The position numbers were made by a program, and so were the translations under genes. A stretch of 33,229 nucleotides of DNA from Sandaracinaceae bacterium. GTDB taxonomy: Bacteria > Myxococcota_A > Polyangia > Polyangiales > Houyiibacteriaceae. The notes beneath the pieces were generated by a model. That model was not told the origin of the DNA. It ran no database searches and saw only the letters and a list, made by a program, of their open reading frames with translations. This document shows positions 1-9,216 of this stretch, in pieces (positions within the stretch are counted from its first letter, which is position 1; every line of letters begins with the position of its first letter). The stretch spans positions 1 through 33,229 of the forward strand of contig JAAZAH010000059.1 of NCBI GenBank assembly GCA_012514415.1, read 5' to 3'.

Positions 1-282
1 ACCGAGGCTGAAGATGGGGTCGATGGACTCCGAAAGCTCGCGACGGGGACCTTCGATCTGATCATCACCGACATCAATATGCCCATCATGGACGGCCTGA
101 AGCTTGTGCAGCGCATTCGGAGCGATGAGAAGCATAAGGACGTCCCCATCATCATCATTACCACCGAGGGCTCGACCGAGGACCGTCAGCGCGCCATGGC
201 GCTCGGCGCGAACGCCTACATCACCAAGCCCATTCAGGCGCCGCAGGTGATCTCCGAGGTGAAGGCGCTCCTTCAGCTGTGA
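1..282 (+). CDS. Single-domain CheY-like response regulator (5' truncated)
   Basis: Frame 1 is open from base 1: TEAEDGVDGL...FDLIITDINMPIMDG (phosphoacceptor Asp), IIITTEG (conserved Thr), AYITKP (conserved Lys). Stop TGA at 280-282; the start lies before the window. Confidence 0.9.
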   Translation, partial: TEAEDGVDGLRKLATGTFDLIITDINMPIMDGLKLVQRIRSDEKHKDVPIIIITTEGSTEDRQRAMALGANAYITKPIQAPQVISEVKALLQL

Positions 283-285
283 ACA

Positions 286-408
286 GCTCGGAGCGGAGAC
301 GCGAGCCCAACGAGCCGCGCGGTGGTGCACTTTTGCCTCGAATAAACTGAGGCGGGAGCCCGAACCAGCGCGGCATTTTCGTTGATGCAGGCGCGCCTCG
401 CTCCGGGC
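286..408 (+). other. Long imperfect hairpin (~123 nt) in the 3' region of the CheY-like gene; function unknown
   Basis: Nested complementary blocks: 286-295/399-408, 300-303/392-395, 308-313/379-384, 314-320/368-374, 323-326/364-367, 330-339/349-358. G-U pairs favour the + strand. Confidence 0.45.
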
Positions 409-420
409 ACGCACCCAAAT

Positions 421-459
421 AAAAAAAGGCCGCGGCATCGAATGCGCGCGGCCTTTTTT
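421..459. terminator. Bidirectional intrinsic terminator between the convergent CheY-like gene and rpmG
   Basis: A7-GGCCGCG-GCAT-cga-ATGC-g-CGCGGCC-T6: a GC stem with an A-tract on one side and a T-tract on the other. Confidence 0.85.
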
Positions 460-474
460 GATGAGGAAGAAGCT

Positions 475-642
475 CTACTTCTTGGGGTTCGGCATCTTCT
501 TTTCGACGAACTCGACGTGCTTACCCGCACGCGGATCGTATTTCTTGAGCGTAAGCTTTTCCGTCATCGTCCGCTTATTCTTCGTCGTGACGTAGGAATA
601 ACCGGTCCCTGCGGTGGAAACGAGCTGAATGAGTTCACGCAT
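475..642 (-). CDS. rpmG: 50S ribosomal protein L33, Zn-free (C-minus) type
   Basis: [49 protein letters not shown] is a typical L33 with no CxxC. ATG at 642 with GGAG upstream; the ORF track over-extends it to 738. Confidence 0.95.
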   Translation of the reverse strand: MRELIQLVSTAGTGYSYVTTKNKRTMTEKLTLKKYDPRAGKHVEFVEKKMPNPKK

Positions 643-777
643 TTGAACTTGGACTCCGTGAGTGTGAAAGGGCGCAGGGAAGCTGCGCGGAAAGGGCTTT
701 GGGCCGAAGTTAATAAAAGAGATGAGCGCCGAGCGCAAGGCAGGGAGACCAGTTAATCGGCTCCTCGCCTCGTCGCG

Positions 778-1782
778 TCACTCAACCTTCCAGGTATCTC
801 CCGAGTGAAGGAGGGCCTCGATGCTCGGCTCGCCAAGGCGCTCGACCGCCTGGGCGTGCTGCGCCTGCACCGCCGAATCGTAGGACGGCGCCGGATCGCA
901 ATAGATCACGCCGAGCGCGCAGACTCCCGGAAGCGCGCTGATGAGCCAAGCGATCGTCGGGTTCGTCTCATCGTGCACGAGGAGATCGTCCTCCGTGATC
1001 CCGTCCTCGCCGAGCTTGACGATCTCGGCTTGGAGCGTCTTGGGATTAAGGCGGACGCCCATTTCGTTGTTCGCTCCGAAGATCATCGGCTCGCCATGCT
1101 TGAGCCAGAGCTGATATGCCGGCCCCTGCTTGCGATCGGTGATCTGGACGAAGGCCTCATCGTTGAAGACGGGGCAGTTCTGGAGGATCTCGACAAACGA
1201 GGCGCCTCGATGCTGGTGTGCGCGCTTCAGCACCTCGGGGAGCTCTTTCGAGACATCGTAGCCGCGAGCGACGAAGCGCGCCGCCGCACCGAGCGCCACG
1301 TGTGCGGGGATCACCGGCGCATCGACCGAGCCGAAGGGGGTCGAAGGCGTGACCTTTCCGACCTTCGACGTCGGCGAATATTGACCCTTCGTGAGCCCGT
1401 AGATCTGGTTGTTGAACAGAAGGATCTGGAGATCGATGTTGCGGCGAAGCGCGTGGAGGAGGTGGTTTCCACCGATGGAGAGGCCGTCGCCATCACCCGT
1501 CACGACCCAGACATCAAGCTCCGGGTTCGCGAGCTTCAGCCCCGTTGCGATCGCGGGCGCGCGGCCGTGGATCGTGTGGAAGCCGTAGGTGTTCATGTAG
1601 TAAGGGAAGCGGCTCGAGCAGCCGATCCCGCTAATGAAGACTGTGTTTTCCTTCTTCTCGACCAGTTCGGGGAGGACGCGCTGGACGGCTGCGAGGATCG
1701 CGTAATCGCCGCAACCCGGGCACCAACGGACCTCCTGATCCGAAGCGAAATCAGTACGGCTGAGGGGGATATTGGCGCTCAT
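778..1782 (-). CDS. korB: 2-oxoacid:ferredoxin oxidoreductase beta subunit (TPP-binding)
   Basis: WCPGCGD, SGIGCSSR, HGRA and the TPP motif GDGD...NN, followed by YGLTKGQYSPT. Overlaps the alpha subunit stop by 4 nt. Confidence 0.93.
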   Translation of the reverse strand: MSANIPLSRTDFASDQEVRWCPGCGDYAILAAVQRVLPELVEKKENTVFISGIGCSSRFPYYMNTYGFHTIHGRAPAIATGLKLANPELDVWVVTGDGDGLSIGGNHLLHALRRNIDLQILLFNNQIYGLTKGQYSPTSKVGKVTPSTPFGSVDAPVIPAHVALGAAARFVARGYDVSKELPEVLKRAHQHRGASFVEILQNCPVFNDEAFVQITDRKQGPAYQLWLKHGEPMIFGANNEMGVRLNPKTLQAEIVKLGEDGITEDDLLVHDETNPTIAWLISALPGVCALGVIYCDPAPSYDSAVQAQHAQAVERLGEPSIEALLHSGDTWKVE

Positions 1783-3650
1783 CGCTCTTCCTCTTTCTTC
1801 CCAAGGCGAGCCTCGATCTCATCGACGATCTCGCTGATCTTGAAGGGCTGTCCGGCGATCTTATTGAAGCCCTTGGCGTTGATGAGGAGTTCGGCCCGGA
1901 GGAGCCGGACGAGTTGACCGTGATTGAGCTCCGGGACCATGATCTGATCGAATCGCTCCGCGAGCTCCTTCAGTCCCTCGGGAAGGGGCCAGATGTGGCG
2001 GAGGTGGAGGTGGCTCACGCGGCGACCGCTCTTTCGCACACGATCGACGGCTTGGCTGATCGCGCCGTGCGTCGAGCCCCAACCGATGACGAGCATCTCG
2101 CCCTCGCTTTCGCCCTGATCGAGCGTGAGCTTCGGATAGAGCGCGCGAACGTTCTGCACCTTCTCGGCGCGGGTGAGCGTCATGCGGTGGTGGTTGGCCG
2201 GATCGTACGAGATATGCCCCGTCTCATAATCCTTTTCGATGCCGCCGATGCGATGCTCGAGCCCGGGCGTTCCGGGCTTGGCCCACACGCGGGCGAGCGT
2301 CCTGGGATCGCGCTTGAACGGCGAGAAACCTTCCGTTTCGGTATGGTGCGTGACCGGGAAGGGCTCAAGCGAGCTCACGTCTGGGATCTTCCAAGGCTCG
2401 GCGCTATTGGCGATGAATCCGTCCGTGAGGAGCATGACGGGCGTCATGTACTTCACCGCGATCTTCGAGGCGAGGATCGCAAACTCGAAGCACTCTCCCG
2501 GCGTTGCGGGTGCGAGGACCGGAAGAGGCGCGTCGCCGTTTCGCCCCCAGACCGCTTGGAAGAGATCGCTCTGCTCGGTTTTCGTCGGAAGACCCGTCGA
2601 GGGGCCGCCGCGCTGTACATCGACGACGACGAGCGGAAGCTCCGTCATGATGGCGAGGCCGATGGCTTCGGTCTTGAGCGCCACGCCCGGGCCCGAGGTG
2701 CCCGTGATGCCGAGTGCTCCGCCGAAGCTCGCACCGATCGCGGACGCCACCGCCGCGATCTCATCTTCGGCTTGAAAGGTGGTGATGCCAAAATTTTTGA
2801 GGCGTGCGAGGTGGTGAAGGAGCGTCGAGGCGGGCGTGATCGGATACGATCCGTAAAAGAAGGGGAGACCGCTCAGTTGAGCCGCCGCGGCAAAACCCCA
2901 AGCGAGCGCTTGGTTGCCGTCGATGGTGCGATAGGTTCCGCGAGGGAGCTCGGCACGCGCCACAACCACCGGACGAATCTCGGTGGGAAGCTCCGCCGTC
3001 TCACCGTAGATATGACCGGCGTTGATCGCCGCAATGTTGGCGGCGGCGATCTCGGGCCGTTTCTTGCCGAATTTCTCGTTGAGAAAATCGATCGAGGGCT
3101 GACGATCCCGGCCGTACAGCCAGAACATCAGCCCGAGCGTCCACATATTCTTGCATCGCGCTGCGTCCTTCGCGCCGAGCTTGAAGGGCTTGACGGCGTC
3201 GAGCGTGAGCTTGGTGATGTCGATCGGGAGGACGCGATATTTTTCGAGCGCCGGATCCGCGAGCGGATCCTCCTTACATCCAGCCTTCGCGTTATTCGCC
3301 TTGGTGAACGCCCCCGTATTGACGATGAGCAGCCCGCCCTCTTTCAACGCGCCAAGGTTCACCTTGAGCGCCGCGGGGTTCATCGCGACGAGCACGTCCG
3401 GGGCGTCGCCCGGGGTCTTGATGTCGTGCGAAGCGAAGTGGATTTGGAAGCCCGAGACCCCGTAGGTCGTCCCAGCCGGGGCTCGGATCTCCGCCGGGAA
3501 ATCCGGGAAGGTCGAGAGATCGTTCCCCATCAGTGCGGTCGCCGACGAGAACTGGGTCCCGGTGATCTGCATTCCGTCGCCAGAATCGCCAGCGAAGCGG
3601 ATGACGACCGAGTCGAGCTCCTCTCGGATTTGGGTAGCGGTATTCGGCAT
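1779..3650 (-). CDS. korA: 2-oxoacid:ferredoxin oxidoreductase alpha subunit (gamma-alpha fusion)
   Basis: RFAGDSGDGMQ, PAEIRAPAGT, YPITP, QAEDEIAA, TSGPG and QRGGPSTGLPTK. Likely start is the ATG at 3650 (MPNTATQ). Confidence 0.93.
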   Translation of the reverse strand: MPNTATQIREELDSVVIRFAGDSGDGMQITGTQFSSATALMGNDLSTFPDFPAEIRAPAGTTYGVSGFQIHFASHDIKTPGDAPDVLVAMNPAALKVNLGALKEGGLLIVNTGAFTKANNAKAGCKEDPLADPALEKYRVLPIDITKLTLDAVKPFKLGAKDAARCKNMWTLGLMFWLYGRDRQPSIDFLNEKFGKKRPEIAAANIAAINAGHIYGETAELPTEIRPVVVARAELPRGTYRTIDGNQALAWGFAAAAQLSGLPFFYGSYPITPASTLLHHLARLKNFGITTFQAEDEIAAVASAIGASFGGALGITGTSGPGVALKTEAIGLAIMTELPLVVVDVQRGGPSTGLPTKTEQSDLFQAVWGRNGDAPLPVLAPATPGECFEFAILASKIAVKYMTPVMLLTDGFIANSAEPWKIPDVSSLEPFPVTHHTETEGFSPFKRDPRTLARVWAKPGTPGLEHRIGGIEKDYETGHISYDPANHHRMTLTRAEKVQNVRALYPKLTLDQGESEGEMLVIGWGSTHGAISQAVDRVRKSGRRVSHLHLRHIWPLPEGLKELAERFDQIMVPELNHGQLVRLLRAELLINAKGFNKIAGQPFKISEIVDEIEARLGKKEEER

Positions 3651-3822
3651 ATCGATCAACAGTCTCTTTTCACCACGATCGACGGATTTCACCGCCGATC
3701 TTCGACGCATCGCACTTTGGTCCAGGCAAAGAGTTTACGCCAGTCAAAGGATTGTCTTAGAGGACGAACCCTCATTCCACGATAAAGAATGCGGGAATTG
3801 TCGATCTTCGGCAAGGAAAATC

Positions 3823-4488
3823 ATGAACACGCCCAAGCAAAAGACGGCGAAAGTGAAAATCTGCGGCATTACGCGCGTTCAGGATGCGGAAAAGGCGCTC
3901 GCTTTGGGCGTCGACGCGATAGGGCTCAACTTTTGGCCCGGGACGCCGCGCTGCATTGAAATCGACAAGGCGCGTGACATCGCCTCGCTTGCGAAAGGGC
4001 GCGCCTTGATCATCGGGGTCTTCGTCGACGCGTCAAGGGAAGAAATCCTTCGTCTTTACGAAGAGATCGGGCTCGATGAAGTGCAGCTTCACGGGAGCGA
4101 GACCCCGGAGTTTCTCAGCTCGCTCAAGCTCCCTGCCTATAAAGTGGTCGGCGTCGGAAAAGGAGAGGATGAGAAGGCACTCCATCGACGGTGTCGTCAA
4201 TATCCCGGAACGAAGCTACTACTCGATACCAAAGTGCGCGGCGCGATGCCGGGAGGGACGGGTGCGCGTTTTGACTGGTCCTTGGCTGTGAAGATCGCCA
4301 AAGAGAGGGAGCTCATCTTGGCTGGTGGCCTGACTGCTGAAAATGTCCGAGAGGCGATCGAGCTCGTCGAGCCGGCCTGGGTCGACACGGCGAGCGGGGT
4401 CGAGGTGGGCACCCCCGGCACCAAGGATTTCGAGAAAATGCGCGCGTTCGTCGAAGCCGCTCGTGGCATCTCGGCGCCGCTCGTGTAG
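3823..4488 (+). CDS. trpF: Phosphoribosylanthranilate isomerase
   Basis: KVKICGIT, GVFVD, VQLHGSE, GGTG..FDW, LAGGL and VDTASGVE. ATG at 3823 after AAGGA. Confidence 0.95.
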   Translation: MNTPKQKTAKVKICGITRVQDAEKALALGVDAIGLNFWPGTPRCIEIDKARDIASLAKGRALIIGVFVDASREEILRLYEEIGLDEVQLHGSETPEFLSSLKLPAYKVVGVGKGEDEKALHRRCRQYPGTKLLLDTKVRGAMPGGTGARFDWSLAVKIAKERELILAGGLTAENVREAIELVEPAWVDTASGVEVGTPGTKDFEKMRAFVEAARGISAPLV

Positions 4489-4503
4489 GGTTAGGGCGCG
4501 AAT

Positions 4504-5715
4504 ATGTCGAACGAAGAGAACCAACGCAGTCAGACGGGGCGTTTTGGCCCTTATGGTGGCCGCTTTGTCGCCGAGACGCTGATGCCTGCGCTCGATGAGC
4601 TCACCCGGGCTTACGAGGCAATCAAAAACGATCCCGGCTTCCTCGAAGAGCTTGACGAGCTCCTTCAGCATTATGTCGGCCGACCCACCTCACTTTACCA
4701 CGCGAAGAATCTCTCCGAGGAGGTTGGCGCTCGCGTCTGGCTGAAGCGCGAAGATCTCTGCCACACCGGCGCGCATAAGGTGAACAACACCATTGGGCAG
4801 GTGCTCCTCGCCAAGCGGATGGGCAAGACGCGCGTCATCGCCGAGACGGGCGCCGGACAGCACGGCGTGGCGACTGCGACGGCCTGCGCGCTCCTCGGTC
4901 TCGAATGCGAGGTCTACATGGGGAGCGAGGACGTCCGGAGGCAGGCCCCGAATGTCGCCCGGATGGAGCTCCTCGGCGCGAAGGTCAATCCGGTCTCATC
5001 CGGCTCCGCGACGCTGAAAGACGCGATGAACGAGGCGATGCGCGATTGGGTGACCTACGTGAAGGATACGCATTATTGCGTCGGCTCGGTGGCGGGGCCG
5101 CATCCTTATCCCACGATCGTCCGTGATTTTCAGGCCGTGATTGGGCGCGAGGCCAAGGCTCAGATTCTCCAGCGGATCGGAAAACTCCCGGATGCCCTTG
5201 TCGCGTGCGTCGGCGGCGGTTCGAACGCGATGGGGCTCTTTCACGAATTCGTCGGCGATGCCGAGGTCAAACTCTTTGGCGTCGAGGCGGCCGGCGAAGG
5301 GCTCGATACCGATCGGCACGCGGCTGCGCTCACGAAGGGGAGTGTGGGCGTGCTCCACGGTTCGAAGAGCTATCTTCTGCAGGATGAGGACGGCCAAGTG
5401 ATCGAGGCGCATAGCGTTTCTGCCGGCCTCGATTACCCCGGCGTTGGCCCGGAGCACTCCTTCCTCAAGGACTCGGGCCGCGCCACGTACGGCACCGTCA
5501 CCGATCGCGAGGCGCTCGATGCCTTCAAACAACTCTGCCGCACCGAGGGCATCATCCCAGCGCTCGAATCGAGTCATGCGATCGCGTACCTGCCCAAGGT
5601 CGTCGAGGCGATCGGCGAAGGGCGTGACATCATCGTCTCACTTTCGGGCCGCGGCGATAAAGATCTCGACAACGCGCGAGAATGGCTCGAAGCGCATGGA
5701 GAAAAAATCGGATGA
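4504..5715 (+). CDS. trpB: Tryptophan synthase beta chain
   Basis: [12 protein letters not shown] (PLP Lys), [26 protein letters not shown] and SGRGDKD. Confidence 0.98.
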   Translation: MSNEENQRSQTGRFGPYGGRFVAETLMPALDELTRAYEAIKNDPGFLEELDELLQHYVGRPTSLYHAKNLSEEVGARVWLKREDLCHTGAHKVNNTIGQVLLAKRMGKTRVIAETGAGQHGVATATACALLGLECEVYMGSEDVRRQAPNVARMELLGAKVNPVSSGSATLKDAMNEAMRDWVTYVKDTHYCVGSVAGPHPYPTIVRDFQAVIGREAKAQILQRIGKLPDALVACVGGGSNAMGLFHEFVGDAEVKLFGVEAAGEGLDTDRHAAALTKGSVGVLHGSKSYLLQDEDGQVIEAHSVSAGLDYPGVGPEHSFLKDSGRATYGTVTDREALDAFKQLCRTEGIIPALESSHAIAYLPKVVEAIGEGRDIIVSLSGRGDKDLDNAREWLEAHGEKIG

Positions 5716-6509
5716 CTCGTCTGAATCAGGCGTTTGAAAGAGCGGCCGCTGAGGGCCGTTCGGCGCTCGTCGTCTTTCTCTCGGCGGGCGATCCCAGCCT
5801 CGATGCGACCGTTGACCTTGTCCTGGCAGCGGCCGATGCGGGCGCCGACATCGTCGAACTCGGCGTCCCTTACAGCGATCCGACCGCCGACGGCGCCGCG
5901 ATCCAGCGGGCGAGCGCGCGGGCAATCAAAAACGGAACCACCCTCAAGGGTGTGCTCGAGGCGGTGAGAAAGATCCGCACAAAGAGCGAAATCCCCCTCG
6001 TTCAGTTCGGATATTACAATCCGATCCTTCGCTACGGCGAGGAGCGTCTGGTGCGCGATGCCAAAGTGGCGGGGGTCGATGGACTTCTCGTCGTCGATCT
6101 GCCCCCCGAGGAGTGTGCCTCGCTTCGTGATCCGGCGATTCGGGAGGGTCTCGATTTCATCCCGCTCGTCGCGCCCACGAGCGATGAGGCTCGGCTGAAG
6201 CTCGCAGCGAGTGTGGCAACCTCTTTCGTCTATTCCGTCTCGATGACGGGCGTGACGGGGAGCGCGGGGTTGGATCTCGAGGCCGCGGGAAACCGCTCCA
6301 TCGCGCTTTCGAAGATTCTCGGCAAACCCATCGCGCTCGGCTTCGGCATTCGCACTCCCGAGCAGGTGCGTGCGATCGCGGGCAAGGCCGAGGGCATCGT
6401 GGTCGGGAGCGCCATTGTCGAAACCATCGAGGCTGCGTCCAGCCCAGAAGAGGCTGTCGAGCGCGTGCACGCACTCATCCGTGCGCTCTCCGAGGCGACG
6501 CGTACCTGA
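5712..6509 (+). CDS. trpA: Tryptophan synthase alpha chain
   Basis: [13 protein letters not shown] (catalytic Glu/Asp), YYNP, DLPPEE, GVTG, GFGI and VVGSA. ATGA overlap with the trpB stop. Confidence 0.96.
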   Translation: MTRLNQAFERAAAEGRSALVVFLSAGDPSLDATVDLVLAAADAGADIVELGVPYSDPTADGAAIQRASARAIKNGTTLKGVLEAVRKIRTKSEIPLVQFGYYNPILRYGEERLVRDAKVAGVDGLLVVDLPPEECASLRDPAIREGLDFIPLVAPTSDEARLKLAASVATSFVYSVSMTGVTGSAGLDLEAAGNRSIALSKILGKPIALGFGIRTPEQVRAIAGKAEGIVVGSAIVETIEAASSPEEAVERVHALIRALSEATRT

Positions 6510-6513
6510 GCGC

Positions 6514-6563
6514 TGTCGAGGAGCTCCCCGGATCGCGCTTGGGCGGCGCGGAGCTCCTCGGTA
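6514..6563 (+). terminator. Hairpin directly after trpA (terminator-like or stabilising, no U-tract)
   Basis: TGTCGAGGAGCTCC (6514-6527) pairs with GGAGCTCCTCGGTA (6550-6563): 14 bp including 2 G-U. Confidence 0.45.
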
Positions 6564-7040
6564 TGGGAGTCGCGCTCCTCGCCTTCGCTTCGATGAGGCG
6601 GCAGACGGCGCGATGCGTCGGGCGCCCCGTCTTCGGACTCACGCCCAGCGGGCTCCTCAGCGCGACGGCCGCGGCCGATGTGCCGGAACAGGGCCTGGGC
6701 GTTGAGCCCGAGAGCGTGAGGCGAGCAGAAGAGCCAAGCAGAAGCGCGCGTGGAGACTCTGAGCCCATCGCGAGCGCTCCGACCTCCGTCCTCGCCTCCC
6801 GTTTGCGCGCCGCCTCCCGCGTGCCCGCCGAGGCCGCCCTCTTCGGCGACGCCGGCGGCGACCGCGCCCTCGCCCGCAACGGCGGCTTTCTGAGGGCCAC
6901 CTCACCTAGCGTTTTGACGTCGCGCGCTCGCGTTGAGGCGCCCAATCGCGCCGCGGCCGGGGCACGCGCCGCCTTAAAAAGTCATCCCTAGGATTGTTTG
7001 CCTCCCGAGAAGAAAAGCTTGACCCGCCGAAAAGAATGGT

Positions 7041-7057
7041 CTACGCATTTGTTCAGT
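7041..7057 (+). promoter_or_regulatory. Myxococcus-type LexA (SOS) box upstream of recA
   Basis: CTACGCATTTGTTCAGT matches the M. xanthus consensus CTRHAMRYBYGTTCAGS at 15/17 positions. It ends 22 nt before the recA ATG and lies at the expected -10 position downstream of TTGACC (7019-7024). Confidence 0.75.
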
Positions 7058-7079
7058 CTTTTTTCTCTTCGGAGCGTTC

Positions 7080-8165
7080 ATGTCCATCGATACCAACCGC
7101 GAAAAAGCCCTCAATCTCGCTATCGGAGCCATCGAGAAAAACTATGGAAAGGGCTCGATCATGCGCCTCGGTGATGCGCAGAAGATCGAAGTCGCGACTT
7201 TTCCCACGGGCTCGCTCAGCCTCGACCTTGCGCTCGGGGTGGGTGGCTATGCGCGCGGAAGGATCGTGGAGGTCTACGGTCCCGAATCGTCGGGAAAGAC
7301 GACGCTCACTCTTCACGCGATCGCCGAATGCCAGCGAAAGGGCGGCGTGGCGGCGTTCATCGACGCAGAGCATGCGCTCGATCCGACGTATGCACGTCGG
7401 CTCGGGGTGAATGTGGACGAGCTCCTCATCAGCCAGCCGGACCACGGTGAGCAGGCGCTCGAGATTGCCGATACCCTCGTTCGCTCGGGAGCCGTGGACG
7501 TGATCGTCGTCGACTCGGTCGCGGCGCTCGTTCCCAAGGCCGAGATCGAGGGAGATATGGGCGACAGCCATGTGGGTCTCCAAGCGAGGCTGATGAGCCA
7601 AGCGCTCCGAAAGCTTACCGGCACGGTGCAGAAGAGCCATACGACCCTCTTCTTCATCAACCAGATCCGTATGAAGATCGGAGTGATGTTTGGCAGCCCG
7701 GAGACGACGACTGGCGGAAACGCGCTCAAATTCTACGCCTCGCAGCGCCTCGACATCCGGCGGATCTCGACGCTGAAGGCGGGAGAGGATGCCATCGGAA
7801 ACCGCGTCCGCGTCAAGGTCGTCAAGAATAAGCTCGCGCCTCCGTTCAAGACGGCTGAGTTCGACATTCTCTTCGGTAAGGGGATTAGCAAAAGTGGCGA
7901 TATCCTCGATCTCGCGGTCGCCGAGGACATCGTCGAAAAATCGGGCGCTTGGTATAGCTATGGCGGCGATCGTCTCGGCCAGGGGCGGGATAATGCGCGG
8001 AACTTCCTCGAGGAAAATCCGAGCATGCTCGATGAGATCGAGGCGAAGGTCCGCGCAAAATATGGCCTCGCTCCCGCCACCGAGGAAAAGCCCGAGAACA
8101 CCACCGGAAAAGGCGAGAAGAATGCTTCGACGGCGAAGTCCGCGGTGGCTCGCTCCAAGGCGTGA
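7080..8165 (+). CDS. recA: Recombinase RecA
   Basis: [10 protein letters not shown]-loop, [34 protein letters not shown] and GGNALKFY. Confidence 0.99.
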   Translation: MSIDTNREKALNLAIGAIEKNYGKGSIMRLGDAQKIEVATFPTGSLSLDLALGVGGYARGRIVEVYGPESSGKTTLTLHAIAECQRKGGVAAFIDAEHALDPTYARRLGVNVDELLISQPDHGEQALEIADTLVRSGAVDVIVVDSVAALVPKAEIEGDMGDSHVGLQARLMSQALRKLTGTVQKSHTTLFFINQIRMKIGVMFGSPETTTGGNALKFYASQRLDIRRISTLKAGEDAIGNRVRVKVVKNKLAPPFKTAEFDILFGKGISKSGDILDLAVAEDIVEKSGAWYSYGGDRLGQGRDNARNFLEENPSMLDEIEAKVRAKYGLAPATEEKPENTTGKGEKNASTAKSAVARSKA

Positions 8166-8212
8166 TTGGCCTAAGTTGGCGGAATCAGTAGAAAATCCCA
8201 AGTAGGGAGGGA

Positions 8213-8241
8213 TTGACGGACGCAGCGTTTTGCGCTATGAT
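8213..8241 (+). promoter_or_regulatory. Sigma70/SigA-type promoter for cdnL
   Basis: TTGACG (8213-8218), 17-bp spacer, TATGAT (8236-8241). Confidence 0.75.
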
Positions 8242-8355
8242 TATGAAGTCATTTTCGCCGCCCCTCGCCAAGACGGTGTCCCCAACGGGCTCCTCTCTGC
8301 TAGGGGCGGATGCGTCCCGGGCTCGGCAGGATGAGCCCGATGGAGGATATTCTGG

Positions 8356-8835
8356 ATGAGCTTCAAGATCGGAGATAAAACTGTACACCGCGCCCATGGA
8401 GTGGGTGAGATCACCTCGATCGAAGAGAAGCGCATCAAAGGGCAATCCCAAAGCTTCTATGTGATTCATATCGTCGAGACCGGCATGAAGGTGATGGTCC
8501 CGACCGCAGGAGCTTCGGGCTTGCTTCGGCCGATCATCTCGCGTCAGGACGCGAAGGCCGTGGTTGAGACCCTGAAACGTGATGAGATCGCCGTGACGGC
8601 GCAGCCGTGGAATCGGCGCTATCGCGAATATACGGAGATGCTCAACAGCGGCTCGCCCGTTGAGGTCGCCAAGGTCCTTCGGGATCTGAGCCGGCTTCGC
8701 GGCGAAAAAGAGCTGAGCTTTGGTGAGCGACGACTTCTCGAACAGGCACGGAACCTTTTGGTGGCAGAGCTCGCGCTGGCGCGCCGTTGCAAGGAGCAGA
8801 AGGTGGAGCAAGAGCTCGACGCTCTTCTCGGCTGA
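8356..8835 (+). CDS. cdnL: CarD/CdnL family RNA polymerase-binding transcription factor (CdnL type, no HMGA tail)
   Basis: FKIGDK..H.HGVG, GMKVMVP, WNRRYREY (conserved Trp), VLRDL and LSFGERRLL. GGAGG RBS upstream. Confidence 0.9.
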   Translation: MSFKIGDKTVHRAHGVGEITSIEEKRIKGQSQSFYVIHIVETGMKVMVPTAGASGLLRPIISRQDAKAVVETLKRDEIAVTAQPWNRRYREYTEMLNSGSPVEVAKVLRDLSRLRGEKELSFGERRLLEQARNLLVAELALARRCKEQKVEQELDALLG

Positions 8836-8843
8836 ATCGATGG

Positions 8844-8880
8844 CGCGGTCTAGGAAGTTTCCTCGACCGCGTTTCTCTTT
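8844..8880 (+). terminator. Intrinsic terminator after cdnL
   Basis: Stem CGCGGTC/GACCGCG (8844-8850/8865-8871) plus AGGA/TCCT, followed by TTTCTCTTT. Confidence 0.7.
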
Positions 8881-8897
8881 GCCGTTTCTCTTTGCCG
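8870..8897. repeat. Perfect 13-bp tandem duplication CGTTTCTCTTTGC x2
   Basis: 8870-8882 and 8883-8895 are identical; the duplication covers the terminator tail. Confidence 0.85.
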
Positions 8898-9080
8898 CCT
8901 TCATCGAGTTTGGGAGCGCGGTCGATTCCCCCCTCATTCGGCAAGACTCTTTCGAGTCACTCAAGGCCGAAATGAGCGCGGGGTATCGCTGTTTAAAGCG
9001 AACGTGATCGAGGGGAGCGTCGCTCGCACAGAGACTCGGGGCGAAGAGGTGCTAAGGTGCGCGTTGGCTCGCGTTTTCGA

Positions 9081-9112
9081 GTCTTTTCGCGTCAGGGTCT
9101 TTTCGCGTAAGG
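9081..9112. repeat. 16-bp tandem repeat GTCTTTTCGCGTMAGG x2
   Basis: 9081-9096 and 9097-9112 are 15/16 identical, about 100 bp upstream of hisIE. Confidence 0.8.
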
Positions 9113-9216
9113 CATGGACCGTCGCGAAACGACGCCACCAGACGATCGTGGCGATCGATGGTGCGATGCTCGAAGGGCGAACGGCCTAGGAACTTTCGAA
9201 GATGGAGCGCGAAGCG

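Noticed and set aside
805-3785. Long + strand ORFs of 370 and 623 aa opposite korAB, and similar antisense ORFs over recA, trpA, the mutase and the last gene
   Set aside because: Shadow ORFs caused by high-GC codon bias. They show no motifs, while the opposite strand encodes well-conserved proteins.
3651-3822. Possible trp attenuator or leader peptide
   Set aside because: No short ORF with tandem Trp codons and no terminator hairpin; it looks like an ordinary divergent promoter region.
6539-6991. 150-aa + strand ORF and overlapping minus-strand Arg-rich ORFs between trpA and recA
   Set aside because: Low complexity, no recognisable domain or clear RBS, and the start lies inside the post-trpA hairpin. 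Coding status is unresolved, so it is not called.
8945-8960. TTCGAGTC resembling a tRNA T-loop
   Set aside because: No T-stem, cloverleaf or acceptor stem can be formed.
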